Origin: Bryobacterales bacterium
GTDB taxonomy: Bacteria > Acidobacteriota > Terriglobia > Bryobacterales > UBA6623
Length of the DNA stretch: 64,000 nt
Assembly: GCA_965214655.1 (NCBI GenBank)
Contig: OZ243965.1
Location: forward strand, 4,186,431-4,250,430
Direction: 5' to 3'
Shown: in pieces, positions 20,606 through 30,888 of the stretch
Position numbering within the stretch: the stretch's first letter is position 1
Layout of the letters: the number at the start of each line of letters is the position of its first letter
Position numbers and translations under genes: made by a program
The notes under the pieces: model-generated
The model's database searches: none
Told to the model about the DNA's origin: nothing
What the model saw: only the letters and a program-made list of their open reading frames with translations

Positions 20606-22414
20606 TCAGACGAGCGTCTTGCGAACGCCTCCGGGGTGGGGGTCGACACCGAGCGCGTTGTAGATGTCCAACTGTTTGGGTTCGGCTTGCGTGGCCGTGC
20701 GCACATGCAGCGTGCGTCCGTCGGGGCGGCGGAAGGTGGCGGTGACGCGCTGCTGGCCGTCGAGGATGCGGCGCAAGGTGGTCCAACTGGCCTGGTTGCC
20801 GTGCCCGCGCAGGCGAGTGCGGATGACCTGCACGAGTTGGTAGGCGATGACGGTGAGGAACAGGTGACCGTCGGTTCGCTGCGGCTTGTGGTGATAGATG
20901 GGGCGCAGGCCGAGTTCGGACTTCAGCGAGCGGAAGACGGCCTCCACGTCCGTGAGGGTGGTGTAGGTGCGCCACAGGGCGTCTGCGTCCCAGGCCAGCT
21001 CGTTGCTGCGCAGGCAGTAGACGCCGGGATGGGTCGCCATCGAGCCGTCCTGGGGACGGCGGGACCAGGTGACGGCGACGGCCTTTTTGCCGCTCTCGTC
21101 GGTGGCGACGGCAATCTGGTAGTGCGCGGCGACGCGGGAATGCTTCGTCTGCAAGCGCCCGATGCGCTGCCAGACTTGGTCCAGTCGCTTGTGGGCGCGG
21201 GGGCGCGCCAGCCCCTCGTGGAATTGGGTCAGGGCGGCCTCGTAGCGGGTGGCGAAACGCTCGACGATGGCCCGCTCCTTGTGGGCGCGCTCTTCGGAAT
21301 AGCAGTACAGACGCACCTCGTCGGGGTCGGTCGAGACCACCTTGTGCAACTGCACGGTCTGCTTGGACTTGGTCTGAAGCGATACGGCGGCCGCAGCGTC
21401 GAAGCGGCGCTGCCGTTCGCGGCTGACGAGCAGATAGCGGTAGTCGTGGGCGCGCAACCACAGCAGGCAGGCTGCGCTGGCCACGCCGCGATCCATGACC
21501 ACGAGGGCGCCGGCCGGCGCATCCAGCGCCTCGAGCATGCCGGCCAGCGTGCGCTGTTCTCTGACGTTGCCGGCGAAAACCTGGGAGCGACGCACGAAGC
21601 CGCTGGCGTCGAGCATCAGCCCCAAGGTCAGCAGCGGACAGTCGCTGCGCCTCTCCTTCGAGTGCCCGCGTTGGGCCTGCGGCTGCGCGCGCGCCGCGCC
21701 TTCGAAGTAGGTGTTGGTCAGGTCGTAGAGGGTCACTGTTGGCTGCAGGTCGAACAGTCCCAGCGCACGGTCGAACAGTTGCGCCTCGATCGCCGCGAGA
21801 TGCCTCACCAGAGCGTCGGAGGCGCGGTAGAGCTGCATCGCGCGGACCGTCTCGAAGTCGACGCCGAGCAACTCTCCGAGGCCGCTGCGTTGTTGCAGCC
21901 AGCGGTGCGTCGCGCGCTCCGAGGCGGGCTGGGCCAGACGCCCCACGAGGGCCCCGCAGGCCGCCGCGCGCAACGCGCCGTTGACGCCCAAGTCGGCCAG
22001 CAGAGCTGGCAGACCCAGTTGCTCCAGCGCCCACAGGCCGACCTGCTCAACCCCGACGCTGCGCGGGCGGACCAGACGCAACGAGTCGACGTCGACGGTT
22101 TGCTCCTGCACCGCTCCGGCGGACGGCCCGCCCAACTGTGCCCTGCGGCAGACCAACTGCGCGGCGATCCGCTGCGCTTCGTGTTCAACGGCGAGCGGGC
22201 AATCGGCCACCAAGGGTGCTTGGCCGGTCAAGACCTCCTCGATGCGCATGCATAACAGCGGTCATTGGGCCTGAGGAATGTCGAAGTGGCGCCCGAGATT
22301 GAGCAGAGTGCGCTGACGGACGGTGTTTCCGACGCGCTCGGAATGCACCAGGCGATGCGAGAAGTAGGGCTTGCCGTCCTCGCTCCGCCGGGTTTGGGTG
22401 CGCCGAATGAACAC
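20606..22414 (-). pseudogene. IS1634-family transposase with an in-frame premature stop
   Basis: GTG start (MFIRRTQT...RQRTLLNLG), TGA at 22262-22264 (PQAQ*PLLC) in frame with the 547-aa remainder (LYDLTNTYFEG, VVMDRG, EAVFRSLKSELGLRPIYH). Confidence 0.88.
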
Positions 22415-22464
22415 GACCCTACGATAGCGGGCGCACCCTGTTTCAGTCAATCCCTTGTGCGGGA

Positions 22465-23454
22465 TCAGGACATATGAGACGGCGGGGGTAGACCGAAGCT
22501 GTGTGTACGAAGGTACTGGATGGGGGAGCGGGAGTCAAGGGCGTCATGGGGGCGGTGGTGGTTGTAGCGGTGGGCGAAGGCGTCGATCAGGGGGTTGAGT
22601 TGTTGGAGGCGGTGGGGCAGGGAGTAGACGGAGTAGAACTCGTAGCGCCAGGTGGCTTGCATGCGCTCGACGCGGCCGTTGAGCTGGGGGCTGCGGGGAG
22701 GGAGGACATAGAGGGCGATGCGGTGTTGTTGGCAGGCGTTCTCGAAGTCTTTGTGGAACTCGGAGCCGCCGTCGACCTGGATGGCGCGGATGGGGAAAGG
22801 GGCGGATTGGACGAGCTTGTGGAGGAAGCGGGCGGCGGAAGCGGAGGTGGCTTGGGAGGCGGCCATGCCGGCGCTCCAGCGGGAGTAGCGATCCAGGGCG
22901 GTGAAGTGCTTGCTGGTTTTGCCCGGCAGCAGGGTGAGCGAGAGGGTGTCGATCTGCACGGCTTCGCCGGGGGCTTTGGCGGGCAGGGCGCCGCGCAAGC
23001 GGCGGGTTCGGCCGGGCGGGCGGCGGAAGACGGTCACGGGCTGTAGGCAGCCGCGGCGCACCAAGCGGGCCAGGATGCGCCCGACAGTGCTGTCGGAGAC
23101 GGCATGGCCCTCGGCGCGCAACAGCGGGCCGAGCTTGCGTTTGCCCCACACGGGGTTGTCTTCCCGCAGGGCTTCGACGCGCTCTGCCAGGGCCGGACTC
23201 CAGCGCGGCCGGCACAGCTTGCGGGGCCGTCGGGAGCGCAGTTCGGGCCGCTTGCGCCAGCGATAGAGCGTGGCCCGGGATACGCCCACCGCGTCCGCCG
23301 CCGCCTGCGCGCTCAGCCCCTGCTCCCTGGCCAGGAGCCAGCGCCGCACTGCGTCGCGCCGGCTCTCCAGGGCCGCATCGACTTTTCCCTCGCCCAGCCG
23401 CGCGGCGACGCGGGCGCTGCTGATAACCTGTCTCGGTAGGCCAAAAACCTGCAT
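22465..23454 (-). CDS. IS481-like DDE transposase (integrase core)
   Basis: HTH VGVSRATLYRW; VQIDT, IQVDGGSEF, RSPQLNGRVER, YNHHRPH. Confidence 0.9.
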   Translation of the reverse strand: MQVFGLPRQVISSARVAARLGEGKVDAALESRRDAVRRWLLAREQGLSAQAAADAVGVSRATLYRWRKRPELRSRRPRKLCRPRWSPALAERVEALREDNPVWGKRKLGPLLRAEGHAVSDSTVGRILARLVRRGCLQPVTVFRRPPGRTRRLRGALPAKAPGEAVQIDTLSLTLLPGKTSKHFTALDRYSRWSAGMAASQATSASAARFLHKLVQSAPFPIRAIQVDGGSEFHKDFENACQQHRIALYVLPPRSPQLNGRVERMQATWRYEFYSVYSLPHRLQQLNPLIDAFAHRYNHHRPHDALDSRSPIQYLRTHSFGLPPPSHMS

Positions 23455-23593
23455 GGCGTTCTCCTTTCGCTCGTTGGTGTTCTTCTACGAGCTTCGGAGA
23501 ACCCCGCCTGCGGGCGCAACCCTCTTTTTCCGGCTGCACCCGGCCGTGCCCCACCTCGAGGGAGCGGGCCATCGCCCTCTGGGAGCGTTGTAC

Positions 23594-23657
23594 GCGGCGG
23601 GGCGGGTTCAGTCAAGGGCGCGCTACGCCGCGCCCTTGACTGAACCCGCCCCGCCGC
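23594..23657. repeat. Perfect 29-bp inverted repeat with 6-nt loop in the IS481 leader
   Basis: GCGGCGGGGCGGGTTCAGTCAAGGGCGCG-CTACGC-CGCGCCCTTGACTGAACCCGCCCCGCCGC. Confidence 0.92.
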
Positions 23658-23890
23658 AAAAACTATGACCCGGTAAGAGGGCGCCGGCCCTCTGACGTCG
23701 ACTCGCTGCGTCTCACATCTATCTGAACCGGCACATCCCTTTTATACGATTATGGCACTACATCGCGCGCCGCAAAAACCCAATCCTTTATAATCAACAA
23801 GTTACAGGAATATGATCCTTCAAAATGCCGCCTAATCGCCAAAATGACCGCCAATCCTGTTAAACTTGGGTTAGCGGACAACCCCCGACC

Positions 23891-24751
23891 ATGAAGACCT
23901 TGGCAAAGAGGCTGCTCACCTACGTTCACCTCCACAGGCAGGCACGCGGTCTGTATCGGTGGGTGCAACGGGGTCGCGCATCATGTTCTCGCGGCCTGTA
24001 TCGGGCGTCGCGTATCCTGCGTCGCACCGACAGCCGCATCGCCGCGCGGTACCTCGCCACGGCGACGCAGCCAAAGCTTCACGTCGGTTGCGGTGGCAAC
24101 GTGCTCGACGGCTGGTTGAACTCGGATTTCTTGCCCCAATCCGCGAGAGTCCTGCGTCTGGATGTGACGCGCCGCTTTCCCTTCGCCGCCGATACCTTCG
24201 CCTACGTGTACAGCGAACACATGATCGGGAGCCTTCCTTTCAAGAGCTTGCCGGTGATGCTAAGCGAGTGCCTCCGCGTGCTGGCTCCGGGCGGCAAGGT
24301 ACGCATCACGGCCGTGGACCTGGCGTTTCTCGTGGATCTGTACGGACAGAAACGATCCTCGCTCCATGATCGTTACGTCGAGTGGCGGCTGCCGTTTTAC
24401 TTCGACAACTTCATTAAAGGGGACTCTGTGTCGTTAGCGGAGTACGTCGAGTATGCGGAATGGGCCAGCGCCCATGTGCCTCCGGCCGGGGCCGCGGGCT
24501 TCGTGATCAACAACCTCATGCGCGCTTGTGGGATTGCGTTCGTCTACGATGAGCCGATCTTGCGCAGGCTGCTCGAGAACGCCGGTTTCGCCGATATCGC
24601 GAGGTGCGACCGGAACCAGAGCGGCGACGCGGCGCTTCGCCATTTGCCGCATAACAGGCCGCGAATGCCGGAAGGGTTCTTGCAATTGGAGTCGTTCACG
24701 CTCGAAGGAAGCAAACCGCACGGCGTACCGCCCGGGAGCGCTGTTCGGTAG
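23891..24751 (+). CDS. Class I SAM-dependent methyltransferase
   Basis: KLHVGCGGNVLDGWLNSD motif I, VYSEHMI, ECLRVLAPGG. Confidence 0.85.
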   Translation: MKTLAKRLLTYVHLHRQARGLYRWVQRGRASCSRGLYRASRILRRTDSRIAARYLATATQPKLHVGCGGNVLDGWLNSDFLPQSARVLRLDVTRRFPFAADTFAYVYSEHMIGSLPFKSLPVMLSECLRVLAPGGKVRITAVDLAFLVDLYGQKRSSLHDRYVEWRLPFYFDNFIKGDSVSLAEYVEYAEWASAHVPPAGAAGFVINNLMRACGIAFVYDEPILRRLLENAGFADIARCDRNQSGDAALRHLPHNRPRMPEGFLQLESFTLEGSKPHGVPPGSAVR

Positions 24752-24782
24752 ATGGAGAGGTGAAGTGGCAACCGTGAGGGCC

Positions 24783-25880
24783 ATGAAGCGCCTCTGCCGA
24801 GCGCCCCAGGTTCTGGCCGCGGCGGGCAAGCGGATGATGCGCTGGAATTACCTAGACAGCCGACCATTCTGGAATGTGGTCTACCGTTGCGGTCTCTCCG
24901 CCGTGATCGGCAATCGTTACGCGGGCATCGGTTCGATTTTCATGTTTCATCGCGTCGTTCCGGATGTCACGGCGCAACTGCAACGAGGTACGTACGTCAG
25001 TACGCGATTCCTGGAGGTCTGGCTCGCCTCGATACGCTCGGCCGGCGTCCAGGTCGTGTCCGTGAACGAGGCCGTCCGGTGCATCCGGGATCCAGGCCGG
25101 AGTCAGAGGGGGCGACGATTCGTCACCATCACTTTCGACGACGGGTACGCCGACAACCTCACCCACGCCCTGCCTATATTGGAAAAGTTCGACGCGCCGT
25201 TCACCGTGTACGTGACGACGAACATGGTCGAGCGCACCGGATGCCTGTGGTGGCTCGCCCTGGAGCATCTGTTCCGCAAGAACGACAGGGTCGATTTAAC
25301 GCCACTGGCTCGGCGATTTACGACAGCGTCGTTCCGAGAGAAGGCAGTGGCGTTCTCGGCGGTGAGGTCCTGGGTGGCGGCCGACAGCGGACGCGCGCTG
25401 CTGCTGCGCGATGTTTTCGATCGCTACGGTGTGTCCATGAGCGCCGTGACGGCCGACGCCGGATTGTCGAGGGAGCAACTGCTCGCGCTCCACCGTCACC
25501 CCTTGGCGACGACCGGCGGCCATACGACCAGCCACTCCAACTTGACGACGCTCGGCGAATCGGAGGCGTACCATGAAATCTCCGACAACAAGGCTTACCT
25601 CGAAGATGTCTTGGGTGTTCCGGTCGACCACTTCGCCTATCCCTTCGGCGCTTGTCGAGAGCGGGAAGCCCGCCTCGCAGGCAAAGCCGGTTACAAGACG
25701 GCGGTAACGACCGAGCCGGGGTGTCTATTCCCAGAGCATCGGGACGACCTCCTGTTTCTGCCCCGCGGAGCGGCGAACGGCCGCCGAATGTGGCTGAGCT
25801 TCATGCACGCCCAGCGGCATGGCGTACGGCGTTTCATCGAGAGCCGCGGCGGATGTCCGGTCATATACCGCCGCAGATGA
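24783..25880 (+). CDS. Polysaccharide deacetylase (CE4/NodB) family protein
   Basis: MFHRV, ITFDDGYADN, GHTTSH, FAYPFG; start could be 24834. Confidence 0.9.
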   Translation: MKRLCRAPQVLAAAGKRMMRWNYLDSRPFWNVVYRCGLSAVIGNRYAGIGSIFMFHRVVPDVTAQLQRGTYVSTRFLEVWLASIRSAGVQVVSVNEAVRCIRDPGRSQRGRRFVTITFDDGYADNLTHALPILEKFDAPFTVYVTTNMVERTGCLWWLALEHLFRKNDRVDLTPLARRFTTASFREKAVAFSAVRSWVAADSGRALLLRDVFDRYGVSMSAVTADAGLSREQLLALHRHPLATTGGHTTSHSNLTTLGESEAYHEISDNKAYLEDVLGVPVDHFAYPFGACREREARLAGKAGYKTAVTTEPGCLFPEHRDDLLFLPRGAANGRRMWLSFMHAQRHGVRRFIESRGGCPVIYRRR

Positions 25881-25890
25881 GACAGTTGGC

Positions 25891-26918
25891 ATGACGCCTC
25901 GACCGACGGCCGCACGATACAACGATTGGCGCGAAGTCGAGGCGCCGGCGCCCGAGGCGTTCGCGCCTGCCCTCCCCGCCAGCGTGGCGGTGGACGCAGC
26001 GGGCAACCTGTACATCGCCGATAAGGACAACCAGCGCATCCGCAAGGTCGATACCGGGGGCGCCATCACCACGGTGGCGGGAACCGGGGGGCATGGGTAC
26101 AGCGGGGACGGCGTGGCGGCGATCGCTGCGCAGCTATATGAACCCGGTGGCGTGGCGATGGACGCTGCGGGCAACCTGTACATCGCCGATACGCGCAACT
26201 AGCGCATCCGCAAGGTCGATACCGGGGGCGCCATCTCCACGGTGGCGGGAAGCGGGACGAGCGGGGACGGCGGGTTGGCCACCGCTGCGCAGCTACCTTT
26301 CCCCGCAGACGTGGCGGTGGACTCAGCGGGCAACCTGTACATCCCCGATTATGAGTACAACCGCATCCGCAAGGTCGATACCGGTGGTGTCATCACCACG
26401 GTGGCGGGAACCGGGGAGCGGGGTTACAGCGGGGACGGCGGGTTGGCGACCGCTGCGCAACTAGATTCCCTCAGTGGCGTGGCGGTGGACTCAGCGGGCA
26501 ACCTGTACATCGCCGATAGGGTCGACGACCGCATCCGCAAGGTCGATACCGAGGGCGTCATCACCAGGGTGGCGGGAAGCGGGATTCAAGGGTACGACGG
26601 GGACGGCGGGGCGGCGATCGCCGCGCAGCTAAGTGCCCCCGCAGGCGTGGCGGTGGACTCAGCGGGCAACCTGTACATCGCCGATACGAACAACCACCGC
26701 ATCCGCTGGGTCCTCCCGCCGGTCAGAGTCACGCTCGCCGCCGCGCCCGGTGCGATCACGAGCGGCCAGAGCGCCACACTGACGTGGGCTTCCCCCGATG
26801 CGGTGAGCGCCGCAATCGACAACGGCATCGGCACGGTCTCTCCCGCCGCGGGAGGCACGTTTGAAGTCACGCCGACCGAGACCGCCGCCTACACCGTGAC
26901 GGTCACCTTCGCCGATAA
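25891..26918 (+). pseudogene. NHL-repeat (beta-propeller) surface protein remnant
   Basis: About five ~162-168-bp repeats encoding VAVDxAGNLYIAD...RIRKVD; in-frame TAG at 26200-26202; Ig-like tail (ITSGQSATLTW) cut by the IS1380 end at 26919. Confidence 0.85.
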
Positions 26919-28686
26919 CCCGGATTTCTCACCAGGCATGGCTGGGCGGGCAGGAAGCGGTTTGCGGAACGAATTTGAGGGGCAGTTGATGCGGGTCGCC
27001 CAGTACAGTGGCCGTGGCGCACGCTGGGTGTAGCGTCCGGCGCTACAGGCGGGGGCGTCAGGAGGGTTTGGGGCCGATTTTGCGCACACTCCGGCCAAGC
27101 CCCCGCCGGGGCTGCTGCGCTTGCTGTGACCTTCGAACCCGCAGGCGCCAAGCGCCCCTTCAGCAGCCCTGCGGCGGCGGCCTTCCCAGATTGGCGTAAA
27201 CCGCAGCAAACAGCGCCTGCGCCGGATGGCCCGTAGCCATCGAGACCCACACCTTGCGCGCCGTCACCCGCACCCGCGCCCCGATCTTGAGCAGCCGTAC
27301 GCGGATCGTCGCGCATTGCGCCCGCGCCATCTGCGTGCCCGCCAAGCCCAACTCGCGCAACGCTTGCAACAGACAGTAGGCGATCGCAGAAAAATACAAA
27401 CGAATCTGGTTCGAGCGCAGCAGCGCCGTCGAAGTGCGGTCGGCGAACAAAGCCAACTGTTGCTCTTTGATGCGCTTCTCCATCTCGCCCCGCGCGCAGT
27501 AGAGATCCTCGTACAAGCTCTGCGCGGCGTACTGTGCGGTGCTGAGCGAGGTCACCACGAAGCGTAGATTGGGAAGCGCGGATTGGCGCCCTTGGCCAGC
27601 CGCTCGGCCTTGCCCACCACACGCCGTTTGCGCCGCCAACTGTGGCGCGTGCGATAACGGAACTCGGCGAACGCCCGCGCCGGCTTGCCGCTGGCAGCGT
27701 AGCGCCGCTGCGCCTTCTGCAACGGCTTGTGCAGGCGGCGCAACAAACGCTGGTTCTTGGCCAGTCCGAACACGTAGTCCACCCCCTGTTGCTCACACCA
27801 ACTCATCAACTCCTCGCGGCAAAAGCCTGCATCGGCGCGCAGCAGAATCTCCACCCCGGGCCATCTCCGGCGCAACTGCCCCACGATCCGCACGACCTCT
27901 TCCAGCGCCCCCGCCGCAGCGTCTCGGTTCGCTGTCCGCAACCGCGCGCAGACCAACTGCTCGTCAATGAAGATGTACAACGGCAAGTAGCAGTAGGCGC
28001 CGTAGTAGCCGTGAAAAAAACGCCCTTCCTGCTGCCCGTGCAGACGGTCGTCGGTGGCGTCGAGATCCAGCACGATGCGCTGCGGGCGGCAACTCTGCCG
28101 CTGGATGTAGAGTTCAACCAACAGCGCATCGACCGCTGCGCTGTCCAGGGCGATCTTCTTGTAGCGCGCGCTCGCTTCGACCTGCGCAGGGGTCAACTCC
28201 AGCCGGTTCAGCGTGCTCTTGCCCGCCCCGGCCCGGCCCCGATCCCGCCGCCGCCGACGCTTGCCGCCCGCCACATCGGCCTTGCCCGACAACAACGCCA
28301 GCAGCGGGTCGCTGCGCAGTCGATCGTGATCGTTGAGGTCTTCGTAACCCAAGGCCAGCCCATAGACCCGTTGGCTCACCAACTCCGCCACGCTGTGCTC
28401 GATCCGCTCCGCTTGGCGGGAGTCGCGAAAGCAGCCCGCGAACTGGCGCAGAATGCCGGTCTGCCGCTCGGTGCGCTGCAACAGCAGGGCCCCGGCCTCG
28501 CTGGTGATCGTCCCGCCATCGAAACGGGCTACCGCCTCCCGGCGGAATCCAGTAGCAAAATGAAAACTCGTTTGGTTACACTGTGTCCTAGCGAAAAGTC
28601 GTTCGTTGCTGGCTGCAACATATTCATCTACATACGTTTATGCCACAATCAGCGGCTTTTCGCTACAACCTGGTGAGAAATCCGGG
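26919..28686 (-). mobile_element. IS1380-family insertion sequence
   Basis: Perfect 18-bp IR CCCGGATTTCTCACCAGG (26919-26936) / CCTGGTGAGAAATCCGGG (28669-28686). Confidence 0.92.
27160..28589 (-). pseudogene. IS1380 transposase, frameshifted
   Basis: FDGGTITS, GYEDLNDHD, LDLDATDD, LRADAGF, YCARGEMEKRIKEQ; 14-bp duplication at 27559-27586 shifts frame; expected ATG reads AGG at 28587-28589. Confidence 0.88.
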
Positions 28687-28690
28687 CTAA

Positions 28691-29932
28691 GGAAGGTCTG
28701 AATAAGTAGTGGCAAGCAGGGGGGATGTATCCTAGTGGAGTTGTAGGGTAGATGTTGTCGTTAGAGGGAGGAAGGATGCATCAGCGGAGCTTTGCGGATA
28801 TGGAGTACGAGGGCAAGAAACACCGCACGAGGCGGGAGAAGTTTCTGGGGCGGATGGAGGAATTGATTCCGTGGGAGCGTTTGGAGGAGCGCATCCGCCC
28901 GTACTACCCCAAAGCGGGGCGGGGGCGGGGGCCGTACGAGTTGGCGGTGATGCTGCGCGTGCACTGCGTGCAGTTGTTTTACAACGTGAGCGATCCGGGG
29001 ATGGAGGACATGCTGTACGAGATCGAGTCGGTGCGGCGCTTTGTGGGTTTGCGTTTGGGAGATGCGTTGCCGGACGAGACGACGATTTTGCACTTTCGGC
29101 ATCTGTTGGAGAAGCACGAGTTGGGCGGGGTTGTGCTGGCGGAGAGCAACGCGCACTTGGCGGGGCAGGGGTTGCGGTTGCGGGAAGGGACGATCCTGGA
29201 CGCGACGATCATCGCCGCGCCGAGTTCGACGAAGAACAAGGAGCGGAGTCGCGACCCGGAGATGCATCAGAGGAAGAAGGGGAAGCAATGGCATTTCGGG
29301 ATGAAGGCGCACATCGGGGTGGACGCCGAGACGGGGCTGGCGCATAGCGTGGCGGCGACAGCGGCGAATGTGGCGGATGTGACCCAAGCGCATAAGTTGC
29401 TGCACGGCGGGGAGAAGGTAGTGTGCGGGGATGCGGGCTATCAGGGGGTGGAGAAGCGCCCGGAGCATCGCCGGCGTAGGGTGGAGTGGCAAGTGGCGCT
29501 GAAGGCTGGGCAGCGGCGGCGCTTGGCGGCGGACAGTGCGGAGGCGCGGGCGGAGCGGCGCAAGGCGGAGGTGCGGGCCAAGGTGGAGCATCCGTTTCTG
29601 TATGGGAAGCGGCACTTTGGTTACGCCAAGGCGCCTATCGCGGCTTGGCCAAGAACAGGGAGCGGATCAGTCTGCTGTTGGGCTTCGCCAATGTGCTGCT
29701 CGCCGGGCGCTACGCGACGGCCTGAGCGCCACAATACAGGAGTCGTGCGCCCACAGTGGCGCAAAGCCGCAGAAGCGGAGTTGAAACCGTCGCTGCGGGG
29801 TCAAAATTGGCGTTGCACAGTCAAAAAGAGCAGGATTTAGCCGCAAAATTCGCTGGCAGCCCAACTGCAACCGCTCCTTACGGACAGCATCAACCATCCA
29901 GCGCACCAAAAACTGCCTTATTCAGACCTTCC
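28691..29932 (+). mobile_element. IS5-family insertion sequence
   Basis: Perfect 16-bp IR GGAAGGTCTGAATAAG / CTTATTCAGACCTTCC; flanks CTAA/ATAA. Confidence 0.93.
28776..29725 (+). pseudogene. IS5 transposase with C-terminal frameshift
   Basis: PDETTILHFRHLLE, DATII, WHFGMKAHIGVD, GDAGYQG, RAKVEHPF; YRGLAKN continues in another frame after ~29632. Confidence 0.85.
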
Positions 29933-30075
29933 ATAAGGGTTCGCGCAAGAATAACTTCCTAGAAGCGCCCGTAGTCTCGCAGTAGAACCCACCGGCGCCG
30001 CGACTCTCGTGATCAGCAATCAAGTCCCGTCATCTGAGGGGCGCAGCCCGTCCGAGTTGTGGCATCATTGCGGAA

Positions 30076-30888
30076 ATGCGAACCCGCAATGGCGCCATAA
30101 TGAGACCAACCCAATTCTCCGCCGACACGATCATCGCCCTGCTCCGCAACCAGACCATCGCCTCGCTGGCCGAGGTCATGGCCGCGCTCGGCGCCCGCGC
30201 CAGCAGGCGCACCGCGTTCCGCAAGCTCAAGGACATCGACGCCCGCACCAGCTACTCGCATCGCGGCGGCTACTACACCCTCGACCAACTCGCCCACTTC
30301 GACGAGCGCGGCCTGTGGTCGTTCGCCGGCGTCCGCTTCTCCCGCGCCGGCACCTTGATCGCAACCGCCGAGTCGTTCATCAACCACGCCGAGGCCGGAC
30401 ACTTCGCCGACGAGTTGGACAACCTGCTCGGTGTCGGCACCCAGGACGCGCTGCGCAAGCTCGTCGATGACCGGCGGCTGACACGGCACAAGCTCGCCGG
30501 ACAGTTCCTCTACTGCGCCGCCGACCGCGCGCAACAGACGCACCAGGTGCGCGCCAGACGTCTGCTGCTGGCCACGCCCGGACTCGGGCAACCCCTGCCC
30601 GACGCCGACCTGATGCCCGAGGAGTTGCGCGCCGCCATTGTGTTGTTCGCCAGCCTGCTCGACGAGCGGCAGCGGCGGCTGTTCGCCGGCCTCGAAGCCC
30701 TCAAGTGCGGGTGGGGCGGCGACCGGCGCATCGCCCGACTGCTCGGCATCGACCCGTCGACGGTCGCCGCCGGCCGGCGGCAACTGGTCGAGCGTGACGT
30801 CGAGGTCGACCGGGTGCGGCGCGCCGGCGGCGGACGCACACCGACGGAAAAAAAACGCCGGAAGTCATCGCCTGCATCAAAACCTTGA
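30076..30888 (+). CDS. ISAzo13 ORF1 (N-terminal extension + HTH portion of the transposase)
   Basis: SYSHRGGYYTL, LDERQRRLFAGLEA...RVRRAGGGR; A8 run at 30848-30855; start may be 30100. Confidence 0.8.
   Translation: MRTRNGAIMRPTQFSADTIIALLRNQTIASLAEVMAALGARASRRTAFRKLKDIDARTSYSHRGGYYTLDQLAHFDERGLWSFAGVRFSRAGTLIATAESFINHAEAGHFADELDNLLGVGTQDALRKLVDDRRLTRHKLAGQFLYCAADRAQQTHQVRARRLLLATPGLGQPLPDADLMPEELRAAIVLFASLLDERQRRLFAGLEALKCGWGGDRRIARLLGIDPSTVAAGRRQLVERDVEVDRVRRAGGGRTPTEKKRRKSSPASKP

Larger units (their letters stand above)
22456..23735 (-). mobile_element. IS481-family insertion sequence nested in IS1634
   Basis: TGT...ACA ends with imperfect IRs (TGTGCGGGATCAGGACATATGAGAC / rc TGTGCCGGTTCAGATAGATGTGAGAC); TCCCT direct repeat at 22451-22455 and 23736-23740. 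Confidence 0.87.
20499..23870 (-). mobile_element. IS1634-family insertion sequence (carries a nested IS481)
   Basis: Perfect terminal inverted repeats CCCAAGTTTAACAG (20499-20512) / CTGTTAAACTTGGG (23857-23870); flanks CTAG/TTAG; subterminal TGGCACTACA at 20567 and 23753. Confidence 0.88.

Noticed and set aside
22262..26202. In-frame TGA/TAG as recoding (selenocysteine, pyrrolysine or an alternative code)
   Set aside because: Different stop types in decaying genes, each one substitution from the expected sense codon; core genes use TGA/TAG as normal stops
25981..26710. Regular ~165-bp repeats as a CRISPR or non-coding array
   Set aside because: They are in-frame protein-coding NHL repeats with no repeat-spacer structure, and no cas genes are present
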